A stretch of 64,000 nt of DNA, taken from the NCBI GenBank assembly GCA_963708075.1, contig OY970194.1, positions 5,440,001 through 5,504,000 on the forward strand. The letters are read 5' to 3'. Below, piece after piece: positions 59,623 through 64,000 of the stretch. A program made the position numbers and the translations under genes. Every line of letters starts with the position of its first letter. Within the stretch, counting starts at the first letter, position 1. This DNA comes from Sedimentisphaerales bacterium. Lineage in GTDB: Bacteria; Planctomycetota; Phycisphaerae; Sedimentisphaerales; Anaerobacaceae. The notes beneath the pieces are model-generated. The model did no database searches. It was not told where the DNA came from and was given only the letters and a program-made list of their open reading frames with translations.

Positions 59623-60364
59623 CCTTGATTCGCCCCAAATATCTCTTTACAAATGCAGCGTACTGCTCGGGGGTATCGATGCCCTCGCAGGTGTGCTCGA
59701 CCTTGCCGACGAGAATCGTGAAGCCGTTCTCGATGGCCCGGAGTTGCTCCAACTTCTCCAGCTTCTCCAACAGCGTCTGCGGCAGCGCGGTGATCCTCAA
59801 TAGAAAATCCCTGCGATAGGCGTAGATTCCAATATGACGCAGATAATGACTCACATCGCCCACGCCCGCATGCTCCCGGTCATAGGGAATGGGACTTCGG
59901 GAGAAATAGATCGCTTTTCCTCTCGCGTCCACTATTACCTTTACCACGTTGGGGTCGGCGATTTGTTCACGAGTCGTAAAGGCGGCCGCTAATGTGGCCA
60001 TCGGGGCATCGGGGTTGTCGAGCAACAGCCGGGTTAAGTAATCGATGTGCTCGGGATTGATCTGGGGCTCATCGCCCTGGACGTTGATCACGATCTCGGC
60101 GTCGCTCTCGCCGACGGCCTCGGCGATACGGTCTGTGCCGCTCTGGTGATTCGGCGAGGTCAGGATGCACTCGGCGCCGAACGTGCGGGCGGCCTGCACG
60201 ATCTTTTCATCGTCGGCGGCGATCACCACGCGTTGCGGCAGCTTCGCCTTGCGGGCCTGCTCCCACGTGTGCTGGATGAGGTACTTGCCCGTATCTTGGG
60301 CGAGAACTTTCGCGGGGAATCTGGTGGACGCGTAGCGAGCCGGAATACAGACTACAATTTTCAC
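59591..60364 (-). CDS. kdsB: 3-deoxy-manno-octulosonate cytidylyltransferase
   Basis: IPARYASTRF, SGTDR, NVQGDEP, YFSRSPIP, HIGIYAY, EKLEQLR motifs. Confidence 0.95.
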   Translation of the reverse strand: MKIVVCIPARYASTRFPAKVLAQDTGKYLIQHTWEQARKAKLPQRVVIAADDEKIVQAARTFGAECILTSPNHQSGTDRIAEAVGESDAEIVINVQGDEPQINPEHIDYLTRLLLDNPDAPMATLAAAFTTREQIADPNVVKVIVDARGKAIYFSRSPIPYDREHAGVGDVSHYLRHIGIYAYRRDFLLRITALPQTLLEKLEKLEQLRAIENGFTILVGKVEHTCEGIDTPEQYAAFVKRYLGRIKDDRAEKHGAF

Positions 60365-60756
60365 AGTGCCCTACATCCGAACGCCAACCCTCTTGCACGA
60401 CGATTCGGTAACGCATTCAACTCGGAAAGGACCTTCCCGTTGTGGCGACATGCCCCAACACGTACAGCCGCTATGATAAGCGTTGGGCCCAGCCGTGTCA
60501 ACGGCTGGACCGATTGATTATTGATGATGGATGATTGGTGTACACGGTGGCCTGACCATGCGCAGGGAGGCCTCTCACCCCCAGCCGGATTCCCCGGCCA
60601 TGCTCTGAATGACAAGGAAAGCTGCACTCGCCTCCACAATAATCCATCATTAATCATCCATCATCCATGCGTCGCGGGGCTTGCAGTCTGCGGAGGGGGG
60701 AGTATACTGCATCGACGGTTGGTTTGGGGCATTCAGCAGAATTAAGGGGATTTTGC

Positions 60757-62463
60757 ATGACGGCAGGTATTCTCGCCGCGGGTCGCATGGCCATCGGGAC
60801 CGCCGATCTGGCCGTAATCGTTCTCTATCTCGTGGTCATTGTGGGCTTGGGCTGCTGGGTGGGCCTGCGCCGCCGCAAGGGCGAAGTGGGCCGAAGCTAC
60901 TTCCTCGCCGGCGGCACGCTGACCTGGCCGATCATCGGCCTGGCCCTGTTCTCCACGAACATCTCGACCATCCACCTGGTCAGCCAGGCCCAGGAAGGCT
61001 ACATGAACGGCTTGGCCTACGGCAACTTCGAGTGGATGGCGCCGTTTCTGCTGATTACCCTGTCGCTGTTCTTTGCCCCGTTCTACTTCCGGTCGAAGGT
61101 CGCGACGTTGCCGGACTTCCTGGAGCAAAGGTACAGCCGGGGCGCTCGGGACTGGCTGGCCGTGCTGTCTATCGTCTCGGCCATCGTGATTCACATTGGA
61201 TTCACGCTCTACACCGGCGCTGTCGTGCTGGAGGGCCTGTTCGGCGTTCCCATCATGTACAGCATCGTGATTGCCGCCGTACTGACGGGCCTGTACACGA
61301 TCGTTGGCGGCCTCCTGGCGGTGGTGCTTACGGAGTCGCTGCAGACGATCATCCTGCTGGCCGGCGCGATTACGATCACGGCGGTGGCGTACGTCAAGGC
61401 AGGCGGCTGGTCGGGGATTACGGCGAACGTCGATCCGGTGAAGCTGACGATGCTTCGCCCGAAGGGCGATCCCGCGAACCTGCCTTGGCTGTCGGTCTTC
61501 CTGGGTTATCCGGTGATCGGGCTGTGGTACTGGTGCGCCGACCAGACGATTGTCCAGCGTGTGCTTGGGGCCAAGGACGAGAACCACGCCCGGGTCGGAC
61601 CGCTCTTTGCCGGGTTCATCAAGATCCTGCCCGTATTCATCTTCGTCTTCCCCGGGACGATTGCCTTGGCGCTGATCAAACAGGGCAAGCTGCCGCCGCT
61701 GGAGGACTCGAAGGATGTCTATGCGTTCATGATCACGAATCTTCTGCCGTCTGGCCTGAAGGGCCTGATGGCGGCGGCCCTGCTGGCGGCCCTGATGAGC
61801 ACGGTCTCCGGAGCGCTGAACTCCATCGCGACGCTGTTCAGCTACGACCTGTATCGGCGGTGGCGGCCGAATACGCCGGACCGTCAACTGGTCATCATCG
61901 GCCGGATCGCCACCTTTGTCGCGATGGTTCTCGCCATCCTGTGGTCGCCGTTCATCGCCAAGTTCGAGAGCATCTACCAGGGCTCGAATACGGTGATCTG
62001 CTACATCGCGCCGCCGATTACGACGGTATTCATCTGGGGCGTGTTCTGGCGTCGGGCGTCGAGCCGGGGGGCCCTGGCCACGTTGACCATAGGATCGTTC
62101 CTTGGCCTAGTGGTGTTCCTGCTGGATTGGTTCAAGGACAAAACGCCAGCCTTTGTCGCGAGGCCTGCTGAGTGGATAGCAGGTCGCTTCGGATGGGAGT
62201 TGTCTGAGCGGTTTTATGCGGGTACCGGTTGGCCGGTTCAGTTCATGTACGCGGCGTTCGGCCTGTTCGTGATTTGCTCGGCCGTTCTGGTGGTCACCTC
62301 CCTGATCTGGCCGCACAAGCACACGCCGCAGAGCGAGAAGCTCGTCTGGAAGCACCCCTGGGAGGCCCTGAGCAGTCCCGGCTGGAAAGGAGTGCTCAAT
62401 TACAAGCTCCTGGCGGGTGTGCTCTTTGTCGTGATGGTCACGCTCTATATCGTTTTCGCGTAG
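60757..62463 (+). CDS. Sodium:solute symporter (sugar-type SLC5)
   Basis: YFLAG, STNIS, TLPDFLEQRY, WYWCADQTIVQR, AALMST motifs. Confidence 0.92.
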   Translation: MTAGILAAGRMAIGTADLAVIVLYLVVIVGLGCWVGLRRRKGEVGRSYFLAGGTLTWPIIGLALFSTNISTIHLVSQAQEGYMNGLAYGNFEWMAPFLLITLSLFFAPFYFRSKVATLPDFLEQRYSRGARDWLAVLSIVSAIVIHIGFTLYTGAVVLEGLFGVPIMYSIVIAAVLTGLYTIVGGLLAVVLTESLQTIILLAGAITITAVAYVKAGGWSGITANVDPVKLTMLRPKGDPANLPWLSVFLGYPVIGLWYWCADQTIVQRVLGAKDENHARVGPLFAGFIKILPVFIFVFPGTIALALIKQGKLPPLEDSKDVYAFMITNLLPSGLKGLMAAALLAALMSTVSGALNSIATLFSYDLYRRWRPNTPDRQLVIIGRIATFVAMVLAILWSPFIAKFESIYQGSNTVICYIAPPITTVFIWGVFWRRASSRGALATLTIGSFLGLVVFLLDWFKDKTPAFVARPAEWIAGRFGWELSERFYAGTGWPVQFMYAAFGLFVICSAVLVVTSLIWPHKHTPQSEKLVWKHPWEALSSPGWKGVLNYKLLAGVLFVVMVTLYIVFA

Positions 62464-62599
62464 GCGTGAGTGGAATCGGCCCGAAGAGGCTTCGACGGAA
62501 CGGGCCTTTCCGTATGTCACCCCCGCGCAGGCGGGGGTCCGGAATGGTGCCGAACGTAGCTGGATTCCCGATCCTCTGAAGAAAGCGGGGGATCGATAT

Positions 62600-62673
62600 G
62601 TAGGGTGGGTTCTCAACCCACGCGTCAAGAACGTTTCGCTCCGATAACCGCGTGGGTCAAGGACCCACCCTAC
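62600..62673. repeat. GTAG-type REP doublet (family C), intergenic
   Basis: Left arm identical to 53360-53383; right arm slightly diverged. Confidence 0.9.
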
Positions 62674-62732
62674 AAGCGGCGCTCAAGTTAGATGTATGTG
62701 ATTGAGTCATTCACTTTTCAGGAGGTTGTCCC

Positions 62733-63542
62733 ATGGGACTTAGGAGAAGTCCGAGTTTGACGGTTCTGATGGTTGCCCTGGCGGCGATCCTTCTGGCGGG
62801 GTGCTGCTCGAAGTGTTCGAGGTGCCCGTTTGCCAAGCCGCAGGTCCAGCGGCATGGGGCCGTGATCGCCATCCCCGCCGAGAGCATCCCGGAGTACAAG
62901 CGGCTGCACGCGGACACCTGGCCCGGCGTCCTCAAGGCCATCGACAAGGCCAATATCCACAACTACTCGATCTACCTCGGCGAGGTCGCTCCCGGTGAGC
63001 ACTACCTGTTCAGCTACTCCGAGTACACCGGCCGGAACTACAAGGCGGACACGGCCAAGATCGCCAAAGACAAGACCACGCAGGAGTGGTGGAAGCACAC
63101 CGACCCCCTGCAAAAGCCCCTGCCGACGAAGAAGGAGGGCGAGTGGTGGGCGGCGTGGGAAGAGGTTTTCCATCATACCGGCCCGGCGTATAAGAAGAGC
63201 GACATCAAGTCGCGACATGGCTCGATCATCGGCATGCCCGAGAAGAACATCCTCGCCTACACGCAGTTGCACGCGGCGGTCTGGCCCGGCGTGCTCGCGG
63301 CCATCGACAAGGCCAACATCCGCAACTACTCCATCTACCTCGGCCAGGTCAAGCCCGGCGAGTACCTGCTCTTCAGCTACTTCGAGTACGTCGGGGACGA
63401 CTTCAAAGCCGACATGGCGGGCATCGCCGACAAGGTGACCAAGACCTGGTGGAGCTACACCGATCCGCTGCAGATCCGCCTGCCCGGCACGCCCGAGGGC
63501 GAGCAGTGGAAAGGCACGGAAGAGGTTTTCCACACGAACTGA
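62733..63542 (+). CDS. Lipoprotein with two tandem L-rhamnose mutarotase (RhaM/DUF718) domains
   Basis: LLAGC lipobox; two copies of Y..LH..WP, NYSIYL, WW and EEVFH spaced 121 aa apart. Confidence 0.85.
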   Translation: MGLRRSPSLTVLMVALAAILLAGCCSKCSRCPFAKPQVQRHGAVIAIPAESIPEYKRLHADTWPGVLKAIDKANIHNYSIYLGEVAPGEHYLFSYSEYTGRNYKADTAKIAKDKTTQEWWKHTDPLQKPLPTKKEGEWWAAWEEVFHHTGPAYKKSDIKSRHGSIIGMPEKNILAYTQLHAAVWPGVLAAIDKANIRNYSIYLGQVKPGEYLLFSYFEYVGDDFKADMAGIADKVTKTWWSYTDPLQIRLPGTPEGEQWKGTEEVFHTN

Positions 63543-63607
63543 AGAAGAATGAGTCCTATAGGTCCTATTCGTCCTATACGTCCTATGCTCTTTTGAGGGC
63601 CCAAGCC

Positions 63608-64000
63608 ATGCTTAAGAACGTCCCCCCGATCCTGTCGCCGGAACTGATGAAGACTCTGATGGAGATGGGCCACGGCGACGAGATTGTGCTGGCCGACGGC
63701 AATTTTCCGGCCGCCAGTGTCGCGCGCCGTCTGGTCCGCTGTGACGGTCACGGCGTGCCCGAGCTGCTGGAAGCCGTCCTGAAGCTCTTGCCCCTGGATA
63801 TCTACGTGGACCGGCCGGTCGGCTTGATGGCCGTCGTACCGGGCGACAAAACAAAGCCAACCATCTGGGAACAGTACCGGACGATCCTCAAAAACAGCGG
63901 CGAGAAGTTCTCCGACTTCGAATTCATCGAGCGGTTCGCCTTCTACGAGCGGGCCAGACAGGCCTACGCCGTCGTCGCGACCAGCGAAAAGGCCCTCTAC
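63608..64000 (+). CDS. fucU: RbsD/FucU family mutarotase, 3'-partial
   Basis: MLKNVPPILSPELMKTLMEMGHGDEIVLADGNFP; ERFAFYERA..AYAVVATSE; runs off the window. Confidence 0.88.
   Translation, partial: MLKNVPPILSPELMKTLMEMGHGDEIVLADGNFPAASVARRLVRCDGHGVPELLEAVLKLLPLDIYVDRPVGLMAVVPGDKTKPTIWEQYRTILKNSGEKFSDFEFIERFAFYERARQAYAVVATSEKALY

Overview
High-GC bacterial chromosomal segment. Gene content (DUF4159/vWA cluster, ECF sigma-FecR-carboxypeptidase-regulatory triad, divergent PyrG, many heptamer/REP repeats) suggests Planctomycetota, probably Phycisphaerae; this is inference, not a database result. In order: the 3' part of a MoxR/vWA-type accessory cluster; an AT-richer islet with an anti-phage-type dCTP deaminase and a coupled small ORF; M16 peptidase; PAP2, hydrolase and glycolipid GT genes; an orphan PD-(D/E)XK nuclease; a large glycoside hydrolase; a sirtuin; a GT2; an ECF sigma module; an amidohydrolase; a 12 kb histidine kinase-STAS-type IV pilus/T2SS-like operon; a VIT-vWA protein; a sugar/amino-sugar region (SSS transporter, DegT-type aminotransferase, GH2); pyrG-kdsB; and an SSS-tandem mutarotase lipoprotein-fucU cluster. 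At least six families of short palindromic or tandem repeats are present. Several sit inside coding sequence: in the leaders of all four minor prepilin-like genes, and as an in-frame REP doublet in the GH2 gene. Three genes carry single-base frameshifts that may be assembly errors. No rRNA, tRNA, CRISPR array or transposase was recognised.
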